Of a stretch of 64,000 nucleotides of DNA, positions 20,039 through 28,702 are shown one piece after another. The notes under the pieces are model-generated. The model did no database searches. It was not told the origin of the DNA and saw only the letters and a program-made list of their open reading frames with translations. The DNA is taken from the NCBI GenBank assembly GCA_033763415.1, contig JANRKP010000007.1:9046-73045 (forward strand), given 5' to 3'. This DNA is from Candidatus Melainabacteria bacterium. GTDB taxonomy: Bacteria; Cyanobacteriota; Vampirovibrionia; Vampirovibrionales; JAJTHC01. The position numbers and the translations under genes were made by a program. Numbering within the stretch: the first letter of the stretch is position 1; the number at the start of each line of letters is the position of its first letter.

Positions 20039-20764
20039 TTAATGCTTTACAAAACCCTGGCGCATGGCCAACACCGCCGCCTGTGTGCGATCATCCACAC
20101 ACAGTTTTTGTAAAATGCTGTGCACATGGGCCTTTGCCGTGGCCTTGGTTATAACCAGTTTATCGGCAATTTCGGGGTTCGAATAACCATCCACAATGAG
20201 GCCAAGCACCTCCATTTCACGCGCCGTGAGCGGACAGTCCACCGGCAAAGCGGCTTTGTCTACCACCGCAGAACCGTTAGCCTGCGGATGATTTTGCAAG
20301 GCATCTACACCAACCCCCTGGAAGCGACCGAGCACCAGCCTGGCAATTGCCGGATCCAGCCAGCCGGTGCCTTCGTTCACCGCACGAATGGCGGAAGACA
20401 AGGCCTCGGCAGAAACACCCTTCATGCAGTAGCCATCGGCTCCGGCCCCCAGGGCGGCAAATACGTCCTGTTCGCTGTCTTTGGAAGTGAGCATAAGTAT
20501 TTTAATGGCCGGGTGCTGCGCTTTGAGCTGCCGCGTGGCTTCCACGCCATCCATTTCCGGTAAGCCAATATCCATCAGCACCAATTCCGGCTGGTACTGC
20601 TCTGCCAAACGAAGCGCCTGCACGCCATCGCTGGCTTCGGCCACCACTTGTACAAACGGGTCTCGTTCCAGCAATAATTTCAGCCCCATCAGGGTCATTT
20701 GATGATCTTCCACCAACAGCACGCGAATGGCTGGGTTGGTCGTCTGGTTGCTGGCATCGGTCAT
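20039..20764 (-). CDS. NarL/FixJ-family response regulator (REC + LuxR-type HTH).
   Basis: REC domain (IRVLLVEDHQMTLMGLKLLL...DIGLPEMDG...LMLTSKD). C-terminal LuxR HTH (LTAREMEVLGLIVDGYSNPEIADKLVITKATAKAHVHSILQKL). The internal Met start is chosen; the track ORF extends to 20830. Confidence 0.85.
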   Translation of the reverse strand: MTDASNQTTNPAIRVLLVEDHQMTLMGLKLLLERDPFVQVVAEASDGVQALRLAEQYQPELVLMDIGLPEMDGVEATRQLKAQHPAIKILMLTSKDSEQDVFAALGAGADGYCMKGVSAEALSSAIRAVNEGTGWLDPAIARLVLGRFQGVGVDALQNHPQANGSAVVDKAALPVDCPLTAREMEVLGLIVDGYSNPEIADKLVITKATAKAHVHSILQKLCVDDRTQAAVLAMRQGFVKH

Positions 20765-20988
20765 AGCGGCGGTAGTCTCCCCACGAATGTTCCTGTTGGC
20801 TTTCTTGGCCAAACAGCGCGCTTGCATCAACCACCCGTGAGGCGAACCCGCTGTGCCAAAAAGCCTCTCTCATGCATTAGTTTACTATAGCACGGGGTTC
20901 GGTTGCACCAAGCCGCATTCCACACAATCTAGGGCGTATTACAGTCCGGGTCATCCACATTACCGCTAGAGCGCTTGTGCAAGACGTC

Positions 20989-22674
20989 CTAGGGCGCCAA
21001 CGGGGTTTCTTCTTCCCACACAGCAGGTAGATATACCCGAAACGTACTACCCGCCCCAATTTGGCTATCCACAGTCATTTGCCCGTGGTGCGCCTCCACA
21101 ATTTGGCGGCTTAGGTACAGGCCCAACCCAGAACCCGAATTGCGCAACTGCTGCGTGCCCTGAGAAAAACGCTGAAACAAATGGGGAAGATCTTCTGCCG
21201 GAATGCCCCGACCGTTGTCCGTTACCGCAATAACCGCTCTGGCCGATTGTTCCGGCGTCGGAGGCTCCCACTCAAGAGAAAGCGTAATTTGGCCCCCCAC
21301 CGGGGTAAAACGAATGGCGTTTGCCAGCAGGTTGGCCACCACGCGGCGCAGCTCATGGCGATCGCCTTGTAAATGGGCGTTTTTCGTGGATGGCTTCGGC
21401 AGGAAAAGCGACAAGGACTGTTGCTTTTGCGCCGACAGGCTCCGATGCTCATCCACCAGTTGGCTGAGCAGCTCTTCCACCGGAACACGATCGACAATGA
21501 GGCGCTGTCGGCCCGATTCGTAGCGATAGACATCCAGCAAGGTATTGACCAAGTAGAGCAAATCCTGGTGACTGCCCTGAAGGGTCTGCAACACCGTGGA
21601 CTGCTTTTCGGTCAATGGCCCCAGGGATTGATCCAGAAAAAACACGAACGTTTGCAGTGCCGCCAGCAGTGGGGTGCGCAAATCGTGGGTCAGTGTGGCC
21701 ACAAAATCTTCCCGAAGGCGCTCGACCGTTTTTCGTTCGGTAATATCGCGCAAAATCAAAACGTAGCCGTGCACCTCCGGCAGGGCGGAAGCATTGATTT
21801 CCAGCACCTGGTGAATGCCGGTTGCCGTGTCTCGGGTTGCCTCACAGGTCCACGGTCGCATGTTTGGGGAAAGGGCTTGTAAAAGGGCCTGGTATGCGGT
21901 CTCGGTCACCAAAGGGGTCAGGTCTGGCGCCTCGGCCAAAGGGGGCTCCGTTCCGCCGCCAGGCAAAAGATCGTTGTGGTTAGCCGCAGACGACGGAGAC
22001 TGCTGGGCCATGCCCAGCCAGGCCCTTGCCGTAGGGTTGATTGACGTAACTGCAAAAGACTCGTCTAACGTAATGACACCATCGGCGCTGTTTTGAATAA
22101 TGGAGTGGAGCAGCTCGTGGGTTTGGCGCAAGTCTGCCGTTCGCGCGGCAACTTGCTGGGTTAAGGTTTGGTTGTATTGGGCCAGGCTGTTTCTGGCAGC
22201 ACTGAGATCTCCGACCGTTTGGCGCAAATTTTGCACCAGCCGGGAACGTTCCAGACCACTTTGAATGTGCAAGGCCAGTTCGTGATTGTTCCAGGGTTTT
22301 TCCAGGTAACGATAAATACCCGCCTGATTGATGGCCTGAATGGCATTTTCTTTATCGGCATAGCCTGTAAGCAAAATGGCCGTCACATCCGGCAAATGTT
22401 GCCGTGCCTGGCTGAGAAATTCAATGCCCGTCATCTCAGGCATTAAAAAATCCGACAAAATTACATCCGGCTTTAAAGTCGCCAACTGGGCCAACGCTTC
22501 TTGCGGACTGTTGAACGTAAACACCTGGTGCTCGGTTTCCAGCCGTAAAAACACCTCAATGCTTCGGGTCACCATTACTTCGTCATCCACCACCAGCACC
22601 GTAGCCACGGAGCTGGCCTGAAGCAGGCTGTCCTGGTGATTTTCCGCTATTTGTGCCTTGGGATGTACCACCAC
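20989..22674 (-). CDS. Hybrid sensor histidine kinase (N-terminal REC, PAS-like region, HisKA, HATPase_c).
   Basis: N-terminal receiver (VLVVDDEVMVTRSIEVFL...ILSDFLMPEMTGIEF). H-box ATLTHDLRTPL. N/G boxes ANLLANAIRFT ... DNGRGIPAEDLPHLFQRFSQG ... GSGLGLYLSRQIV. Confidence 0.85.
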   Translation of the reverse strand: MVVHPKAQIAENHQDSLLQASSVATVLVVDDEVMVTRSIEVFLRLETEHQVFTFNSPQEALAQLATLKPDVILSDFLMPEMTGIEFLSQARQHLPDVTAILLTGYADKENAIQAINQAGIYRYLEKPWNNHELALHIQSGLERSRLVQNLRQTVGDLSAARNSLAQYNQTLTQQVAARTADLRQTHELLHSIIQNSADGVITLDESFAVTSINPTARAWLGMAQQSPSSAANHNDLLPGGGTEPPLAEAPDLTPLVTETAYQALLQALSPNMRPWTCEATRDTATGIHQVLEINASALPEVHGYVLILRDITERKTVERLREDFVATLTHDLRTPLLAALQTFVFFLDQSLGPLTEKQSTVLQTLQGSHQDLLYLVNTLLDVYRYESGRQRLIVDRVPVEELLSQLVDEHRSLSAQKQQSLSLFLPKPSTKNAHLQGDRHELRRVVANLLANAIRFTPVGGQITLSLEWEPPTPEQSARAVIAVTDNGRGIPAEDLPHLFQRFSQGTQQLRNSGSGLGLYLSRQIVEAHHGQMTVDSQIGAGSTFRVYLPAVWEEETPLAP

Positions 22675-22897
22675 AAAACAGGATCCTCGCTATTGAAAGA
22701 CGCTTGGACTTGGCAGGCTGGGATGATGGACATTGAGACGAACCACCACCAGGAGGTCTATCTTGAACTCAGCCCTGGCGCAGAGATTGCCCCCAACCTC
22801 TCGCAACAAAGTGTTCTCTTCTATTACAATACCACAGCACACCGTTTCCACAGCCCCCTTATCGGTGAACAGTCGGCTAACAAAAGGAACCCACCTG

Positions 22898-23509
22898 GTG
22901 ACCACACTGACCCCCGATGCTGCCGGTCGTCTATACGTCCTCTCTGGGCCTTCGGGCGTAGGGAAAGGCACCTTATGCCAACTGCTGTTGCCGCAGCGGC
23001 CCGCGCTCAAACTCAGCATTTCCACCACCAGCCGCACCATGCGACCCGGCGAGGTAGACGGAACCCACTATGATTTTGTAGACCGCCCGACTTTTATGCA
23101 GCAGGTGGCACAGGGCGCTTTTATTGAATGGGCCGAATATAACGGAAACTGCTACGGCACCCCCTTCCACACGGTGGAACAGGCCTTAAGCCAAGGATTT
23201 GATTTGCTACTGGAAATTGAGGTGCAGGGAGCCCTCCAGGTGCGGGAGCGTTTGGCAGACCGTTGCTGCCTAATTATGGTAGTGCCCCCTACCTTTGAGA
23301 CCCTGGCCCAACGGCTTCGCACCCGCGCAACGGAAACGGATGAAGTCATTCAGCGGCGGCTTTCCATTAGCCAGCACGAACTAACGCAGACAGACGCCTT
23401 TGACCACGTGGTGGTCAACGACCGACTGGAAGACGCCTTGAATCAACTGTTGGTGATTATTCCCTGGCGCCCAGCACCTGACACACCTGCCACCGATAAT
23501 CCATCCTGA
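22898..23509 (+). CDS. gmk: Guanylate kinase.
   Basis: P-loop LYVLSGPSGVGKGT and the GMP-binding region TTRTMRPGEVDGTHYDFV. The longest ORF starts at 22733, about 55 aa upstream. The GTG at 22898, preceded by AAAGGAA, gives a typical ~203-aa Gmk. Start uncertain. Confidence 0.85.
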   Translation: MTTLTPDAAGRLYVLSGPSGVGKGTLCQLLLPQRPALKLSISTTSRTMRPGEVDGTHYDFVDRPTFMQQVAQGAFIEWAEYNGNCYGTPFHTVEQALSQGFDLLLEIEVQGALQVRERLADRCCLIMVVPPTFETLAQRLRTRATETDEVIQRRLSISQHELTQTDAFDHVVVNDRLEDALNQLLVIIPWRPAPDTPATDNPS

Positions 23510-23653
23510 GCAGCCAAACAACCCCACCTTGCCCACTAGCCCATCCGTAACGATTGCTTAAAACTTTGAGCGCAAAAGGCAATTCAAATCGGATAACTTT
23601 TTTATATATATTAGATATTTATTTCTGGCAAAAAAATTTGGAGTCTTTTCACA

Positions 23654-24070
23654 ATGGGCCAACCAGCAAACGATTCGCAGAGCAGCGCTTCGCAGATGCG
23701 GCATCCGCTTCAGGTTGCGCCAGAAAACCCCTCCTATCAGGCCACAAGCCAGGCTCTTTCAATGCTAGAGCAGTTAATTGTAGGCCAAGAAACCAAACGT
23801 TACCGGCGCAGCGCCACAGAAGACGCGTTGTTACAGGCCAGTAGCCAAAGTAACCCAGAACAGCGCCTGCACCACTCCACGGTGGATATGCTTAAGCGCC
23901 TGAGCGTTAGCGCCCCTTTGCCTCACAGCGCCAACGCCTACGAAGATTTAGCCTACCTGAGCGCAGAAGCCGCTCTGTTGGACGAGGGCATTCAGTTGGG
24001 TGCAACCCACAGCACGGAAATGTTTATTGAACAAATGGTTCATCATTTAAAGGCGGAACGCCTACTATAA
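23654..24070 (+). CDS. Hypothetical protein (138 aa).
   Basis: ORF with a GGAG RBS upstream. No recognisable domain. Confidence 0.4.
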   Translation: MGQPANDSQSSASQMRHPLQVAPENPSYQATSQALSMLEQLIVGQETKRYRRSATEDALLQASSQSNPEQRLHHSTVDMLKRLSVSAPLPHSANAYEDLAYLSAEAALLDEGIQLGATHSTEMFIEQMVHHLKAERLL

Positions 24071-24264
24071 CCAGGCCGAACCCAACGCAACACCCACTTT
24101 TTTAAATTTCAGGCAGAACGAGAGAGGGCAAAGCAGAGAGAAAGAGAGAGAGCACACGCCACAATTCAGTCGGCGTGAGAACAAACATTCAATGGATCAA
24201 AACATCCCCCAGGCTACTTAAACGCCCTGGGGGAATTTGTTCGGTTATGGCCACCGCCACCAGC

Positions 24265-24849
24265 CTACGCGTCCTCTGTAAAACGGCGGCTACGACGATG
24301 GGCCTGCGCGTCCAAATAGTCTTGCAAAATCTGGCGGGCGGCCTCCTGGTCCACCAGATGTTTTTGACGAGAGGGCTGCACGCCCTTTTCCCGCAAAGTG
24401 CGCTCGGCCATCACGCTGGTCAATCGCTCATCCATATACGCCACGGGAATCTCCAGCATTTCGGCCAGGAGATCGCCCAATTCGTACACCACTTCGGCCA
24501 GGTCACCTTCGCGGCCATCCATATGGCGCGGCAAGCCCAACACCACGGCCGTCACGGCGTGCTGCCTGGCCAGTTGACACAGTTGGTCCAATACATCGGT
24601 TTTGGCCGTCACGCTCAACGTCTCCAAGCCTCGGGCCAGCAGTTGAGCCGGATCACTCAGGGCGAGGCCAATGCGCTTTAGGCCGTAATCAATCGCCAAC
24701 ACACGGCCCGGTAAAACATCGGGCGGCAATGCCTCCCATACAGGGGCCTGGGGCTGCAATAACGCACCCGGTTCGGCGCTCGCATGCTCGTTACTCGCAT
24801 CTTTGGCGCTGCGGTGGTCGTCAGGGTTCATCTCGTCCAACTCGTCCAA
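24265..24849 (-). CDS. ruvX: Holliday-junction resolvase-like protein RuvX/YqgF.
   Basis: RNase H-like YqgF core (RVLAIDYGLKRIGLALSD ... VTAVVLGLPRHMDGREGDLAEVV ... ERLTSVMAER). The ORF carries a ~45-aa N-terminal extension; the true start may be internal, around 24700. Confidence 0.8.
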   Translation of the reverse strand: MDELDEMNPDDHRSAKDASNEHASAEPGALLQPQAPVWEALPPDVLPGRVLAIDYGLKRIGLALSDPAQLLARGLETLSVTAKTDVLDQLCQLARQHAVTAVVLGLPRHMDGREGDLAEVVYELGDLLAEMLEIPVAYMDERLTSVMAERTLREKGVQPSRQKHLVDQEAARQILQDYLDAQAHRRSRRFTEDA

Positions 24850-24920
24850 GGGCGCTGTCCCCTAATCCTCGTGAGAGAAATCCCTCTCTGCTCTAAGCCT
24901 ATATCCATTTGCAACGCTAT

Positions 24921-26603
24921 TTACACAGCCCAGCGGGCCAATAGGCGGCCCACCAGCTCGCGCAGTTCCGAGGGAAGATTCAGTTGCTCTTTGACCCGCA
25001 GCAACTCCTCTTCCACACAACGGCGCCCATACTGCTGCAAAAAGCCGGGCGTTTCCACCAGTTTCTGGTTGTCCACCTCCTGACGCAACTGCACGGCCGC
25101 CGAAGCGGCTAGCTGGCTGAAACTGTGAATTTCCTGACAGTGCAGCAAATAGGCGGCTTCCGTCAAACGAGGAATCAGCAAGGCCTTCCATCCACTATTT
25201 ACCAAAGCCCGGGTTACCTGATGGGACAATGTGTCCAACAGGTCAAAAAATACCGCGTCGGATTCCGGCGGATGCGCCACGGCAGCCTCTAGCATAGCGC
25301 TTACCTGGCCCAGCAGTTCCGTCACTTCCGGGTGATCGCCGGGCTCTAAAAACCAGGTTTCAAAATCGGGGTGCTGGTATAAATTGGCGCCCAACACCAT
25401 ACCCGCCTCGGTGGCCCACGGCTGCACGGTTTCCATTAAATCCATCGGTTCTAGCGAAACATCTTCCAGCAAGACCTTCCAACAGCTATATTCATACGGA
25501 ATGCGGCTGCCGTTGTTGCGACTCATTTTTTCAGCCCACTGAATTTTGTTACGGCAATAGCTGACCGGCACCCGAATTTTCGTGTTGCCCTCGTGGAACT
25601 TCTGCAAAATGCGCTCAAAGTCTTCCTGGGCCAACTGATAAAAACCAAAGCAGTCAATAATGCCGTGCAGGTCGTTTAGCGCCAGGCTCATCATCGTAAT
25701 GTCGCCATTACTCCACTGACGACTGACCACCATGCCCTGGTTTCCCACCCCATCGGGAAGCGTGGCATAACAGTCAAACAAAACCGTTTGCTGCACCAGT
25801 GGGTGGCGAACACTCTGCTCCTGGAACGCCTCCACGGCTTCTTCCCTTAAGGCGCCAGACAGGCGAATTTCACTCAGGGCCCGTTGAATGGCACGGATCA
25901 AATCCGGAGAGGCGGCCACGTAACTGCCCTGCAAAGCCGCCAACCAGTCCGCCAAAAACATACCGGCCGGGGTCAGGCCACTTTTGCCCAAACTGCGTAT
26001 CAAGCGCTGTCGCACCTCGGTTGGAGGCTCCGCCTGAATGAGCGGAATGTAGATATTCATCAGGTAATCGGGCCGGTAATCGTTCTGCAAGGACTCGATG
26101 AGATGAATTTGCTCTGGTTCGGGCAAGGAGCAAATAAAGTCGATAAAATCAATCAGCGCTTCCGGGTTTTGCGAAGACACCTCCAACATGCGTTCGGTTT
26201 CGCGGTTAATCAGCCCCAAGGGATCGTCGAGATACTCCAGGTACAGATCCGGGTCGGTTTCATCGCCCAAGTGGCGCAAAATCAGGTTGGCCGCATCCTT
26301 TACCTCATCGGTGGTGTTGGGGTTGCGGATCAGTTCCCAAAGCGGGGTTTGAAGATGCGCAATGGTGCCCAGTTCCATTAAAATTTCGGCCACGGCCTGA
26401 ATATCCGACGGTTTTTTAGCGCGCTGGAGTTCTTTAACTAAAATGAGCAGCACGGCTTCCCGATCGGCGATTTCTCGCAAACGACGAAACTGTTTGGCCC
26501 GGTCGTGACGAGACGGTGTTTCCACCGAAGTCAGCACGCCCATCACTGCGAGCACTTCGCTACGAATATAAAGTTTGGAAGAAATCTGTGGAACGTCTGT
26601 CAT
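24921..26603 (-). CDS. Conserved-looking hypothetical protein of unknown function (560 aa, soluble, predominantly alpha-helical composition).
   Basis: Long uninterrupted ORF co-directional with the graspetide precursor upstream and ruvX downstream. No motif I can assign. Confidence 0.7.
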   Translation of the reverse strand: MTDVPQISSKLYIRSEVLAVMGVLTSVETPSRHDRAKQFRRLREIADREAVLLILVKELQRAKKPSDIQAVAEILMELGTIAHLQTPLWELIRNPNTTDEVKDAANLILRHLGDETDPDLYLEYLDDPLGLINRETERMLEVSSQNPEALIDFIDFICSLPEPEQIHLIESLQNDYRPDYLMNIYIPLIQAEPPTEVRQRLIRSLGKSGLTPAGMFLADWLAALQGSYVAASPDLIRAIQRALSEIRLSGALREEAVEAFQEQSVRHPLVQQTVLFDCYATLPDGVGNQGMVVSRQWSNGDITMMSLALNDLHGIIDCFGFYQLAQEDFERILQKFHEGNTKIRVPVSYCRNKIQWAEKMSRNNGSRIPYEYSCWKVLLEDVSLEPMDLMETVQPWATEAGMVLGANLYQHPDFETWFLEPGDHPEVTELLGQVSAMLEAAVAHPPESDAVFFDLLDTLSHQVTRALVNSGWKALLIPRLTEAAYLLHCQEIHSFSQLAASAAVQLRQEVDNQKLVETPGFLQQYGRRCVEEELLRVKEQLNLPSELRELVGRLLARWAV

Positions 26604-26763
26604 CGTCAGCTAATACTTCAATCCGGCTTGTATAAACTACCCTCTGCCACAGCGCTTTCACTCCGCACAGCGGCCATAAAGCCTTTGGCTTGGTTTATCA
26701 CACAAGCCCTAGCATACCGTGGCCAAGGCCGATTGAACAGCACGAGCCCACCTAACGCCGCAA

Positions 26764-26780
26764 GCCTTATTGACATTGAA
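26764..26780. promoter_or_regulatory. 17-bp palindrome TTGACATTgAATGTCAA upstream of the 560-aa hypothetical gene.
   Basis: Read directly. It contains a TTGACA -35-like hexamer on each strand. A direct repeat AAAAATCAGGCCCT x2 lies nearby at ~26849-26880. Confidence 0.3.
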
Positions 26781-26937
26781 TGTCAACACGGCTTGGCACT
26801 TCCTTTAACCCAGGCATCCGGCTATGGCGTTTACACGCGTTCCGGCACAAAAATCAGGCCCTCACGAAAAATCAGGCCCTTGGATCATTCGCAGAACCAA
26901 GAGCCTAATTCATTATGATCCGTAGTCTGTCAAAAAA

Positions 26938-28059
26938 TTACTGAATATCGCGGTTCAGCCTAGGACGTTGCCAAGCCTGAAGCGAGCTGCCTTCGGGTGG
27001 AACATCCATCAGAATAGCGGGCGGTTGCGCGTCTTCTTCCAACGCTTCTACCGGCAGCCACTCTTGGGAAGAACCGGGCTGAATGCTATGGCCAAAGTCC
27101 TCTTCCATTAACTCAGGGCCCCATTCCTGCACATCGGCAGGCGGCATATGGGGTGCGTCCTCTTCTATCAGGCCCGGAAAACAGTCAATAAAGTCCTGGC
27201 GGCCCATCGGAATCAGGGTTTCGTCTACCTCTAAACCGGGTGGAATATAGCCAGGGGAAGGCTCGGGTTCGATCGGCAGTTCCTCCATCCAGCGACCGTT
27301 GCCGGGCACGATAATGATGTCATCGCCAGGCGCTTCGCCCACACCCCCGGTTTCAGCATCGGATGGGAATGCCAACGTTTGTTCCACAATACTGGGGTTT
27401 GACGGCTCCCACGGCATCGGCCCTTCAATTCCACCAGGCTCCATAGAGCCCCCATCTTCGCTGTCAGATGGGTACTTCATCGTTTCTATGCCACTGTCGG
27501 GCAAGGGAAAAATACCACCATCGCCAGGCGCTTCACTTGCGCCCCCATCTTCACTATCGGACGGATACTTCAGGGTTTCTATGCCACTGTCGGGCAAGGG
27601 AAAAATACCGCCATCGCCAGGCAGCTCACCCACACCACCCTCTTCGCTGTCAGATGGGTACTTCATCGTTTCTACGCCACTGTCGGGCAAGGGAAAAATA
27701 CCGCCATCGCCAGGCAGCTCGCCCACACCACCCTCTTCGCTATCCGAAGGTGCCTTCATAGTTTGGTAGCCACCGCCCAAATCGCCGGGTTGGGTAGCCC
27801 AGGGCGCTTCGCTAGAACCACCCTCTTCACTGTCAGAGGGGTATTTCATCGTCTGAATCACCGTATCTGGAGATAAGGGCGAATCCCAGGACGTGCCACC
27901 CACGCCACCTTCTTCACTATCCGATGGCGCTTTTTCGGTCTCACCACGAATGCCATCCATCCATTGACGCCCCTCTGGGTTGGCTTGGGCCAAGCGCGGC
28001 AACGGTTGCGGGGGGGTTTGGCCGCTAGTCGCAAAATTGAGGAAATAACGATCTGTCAT
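26938..28059 (-). CDS. Multi-core graspetide (microviridin-like) precursor peptide: leader, 7 tandem core-like units, and an acidic C-terminal tail.
   Basis: The translation contains TEKAPSDSEEGG, TMKYPSDSEEGG, TMKAPSDSEEGG, TMKYPSDSEEGG, TLKYPSDSEDGG, TMKYPSDSEDGG and TLAFPSDAETGG, spaced ~31 aa apart. T-x-K-Y-P-S-D-x-E-E is the microviridin core signature. The N-terminal DRYFLNF resembles the PFFARFL leader motif. Adjacent to three ATP-grasp genes. Confidence 0.75.
   Translation of the reverse strand: MTDRYFLNFATSGQTPPQPLPRLAQANPEGRQWMDGIRGETEKAPSDSEEGGVGGTSWDSPLSPDTVIQTMKYPSDSEEGGSSEAPWATQPGDLGGGYQTMKAPSDSEEGGVGELPGDGGIFPLPDSGVETMKYPSDSEEGGVGELPGDGGIFPLPDSGIETLKYPSDSEDGGASEAPGDGGIFPLPDSGIETMKYPSDSEDGGSMEPGGIEGPMPWEPSNPSIVEQTLAFPSDAETGGVGEAPGDDIIIVPGNGRWMEELPIEPEPSPGYIPPGLEVDETLIPMGRQDFIDCFPGLIEEDAPHMPPADVQEWGPELMEEDFGHSIQPGSSQEWLPVEALEEDAQPPAILMDVPPEGSSLQAWQRPRLNRDIQ
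27448..27726. repeat. Three near-identical tandem ~93-bp coding repeats inside the precursor gene (the core plus linker units).
   Basis: Protein units VGELPGDGGIFPLPDSG(V/I)ET(M/L)KYPSDSE(E/D)GG repeat three times. The DNA is near-identical. The plus-strand shadow ORFs also show the repeats (PLSGKGKIPPSPG...). Confidence 0.8.
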
Positions 28060-28320
28060 AGGAAAAACGAAACCTCTCTGCTCTCTAATCTTTTATGTTG
28101 GCTTGGCAAAAAACCGAACACATCGACGTTTCAGTCTGTCACCCAAGCAACGGGGTAACATCTGTTACTGAAAACTGCTTCATGCACGCCAGCACAGCTC
28201 TTTAACTCTCTATTTACAGGTTTTAGTTCTCTCTCTCTTGATAACCCTTGGATGCAGCCCGAAGAGATGCAACCCAAAGCATATTTGACACCTGACGGGG
28301 ATTTTTTTAAGCGGAAACGA

Positions 28321-28340
28321 AACCTGCAACAATGCAGGTT
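28321..28340. promoter_or_regulatory. Perfect 8-bp inverted repeat (AACCTGCA-ACAA-TGCAGGTT) in the divergent intergenic region between the graspetide precursor and the ATP-grasp operon.
   Basis: Read directly. Flanked by GAAACGAAAC-type direct repeats at ~28067, ~28315 and ~28352. Confidence 0.3.
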
Positions 28341-28702
28341 GAATGCATAAAGTAGAAACGAACCGCTTTTGTGCTAGACACACCCACCTTTAGCGCTTGG
28401 GCAAAGTATTTAGCCTTGTGGAGCGGCGCGCTCAGTGGTTGCATTCTGCCCTACATCGTTGCATGGTGCTTAGGGCCTGTCGCTGGGCTTGCTGACAGCT
28501 TGCCCTACCCCCCCGATAAAGGACACCACTTTCATTTTGGTAGAGGGTTTGTCTTGCAGAAATTTTTTGGAAAGATGGCCTCGTTTCCGCTGGACAGGGG
28601 AACCCAAACACCCGAGCGCCTGTTAAAATCGAGCCAATGTAGGCACTGTACCTGCGGTATCCTACTCCGCCGGTATTACAAACGGGTTTTACAATAGCCA
28701 CT

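Noticed and set aside
20502-20873. 123-aa minus-strand ORF overlapping the response-regulator start region
   Set aside because: It is in an alternative frame of the well-supported LuxR-type regulator gene. Shadow ORF.
27299-27769. Plus-strand repeat-containing ORFs (PLSGKGKIPPSPG... repeats); also considered whether the DNA repeats were a CRISPR array
   Set aside because: They are the antisense of the precursor's tandem core repeats. The repeats are 93-bp coding units without unique spacers, so this is not CRISPR.
28371-28697. 108-aa ORF just upstream of the first ATP-grasp; considered as a possible second precursor peptide
   Set aside because: It has no KYPSD-like core or leader motif and no RBS. 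It occupies the divergent promoter region and has Cys/Arg-rich shadow-like composition.
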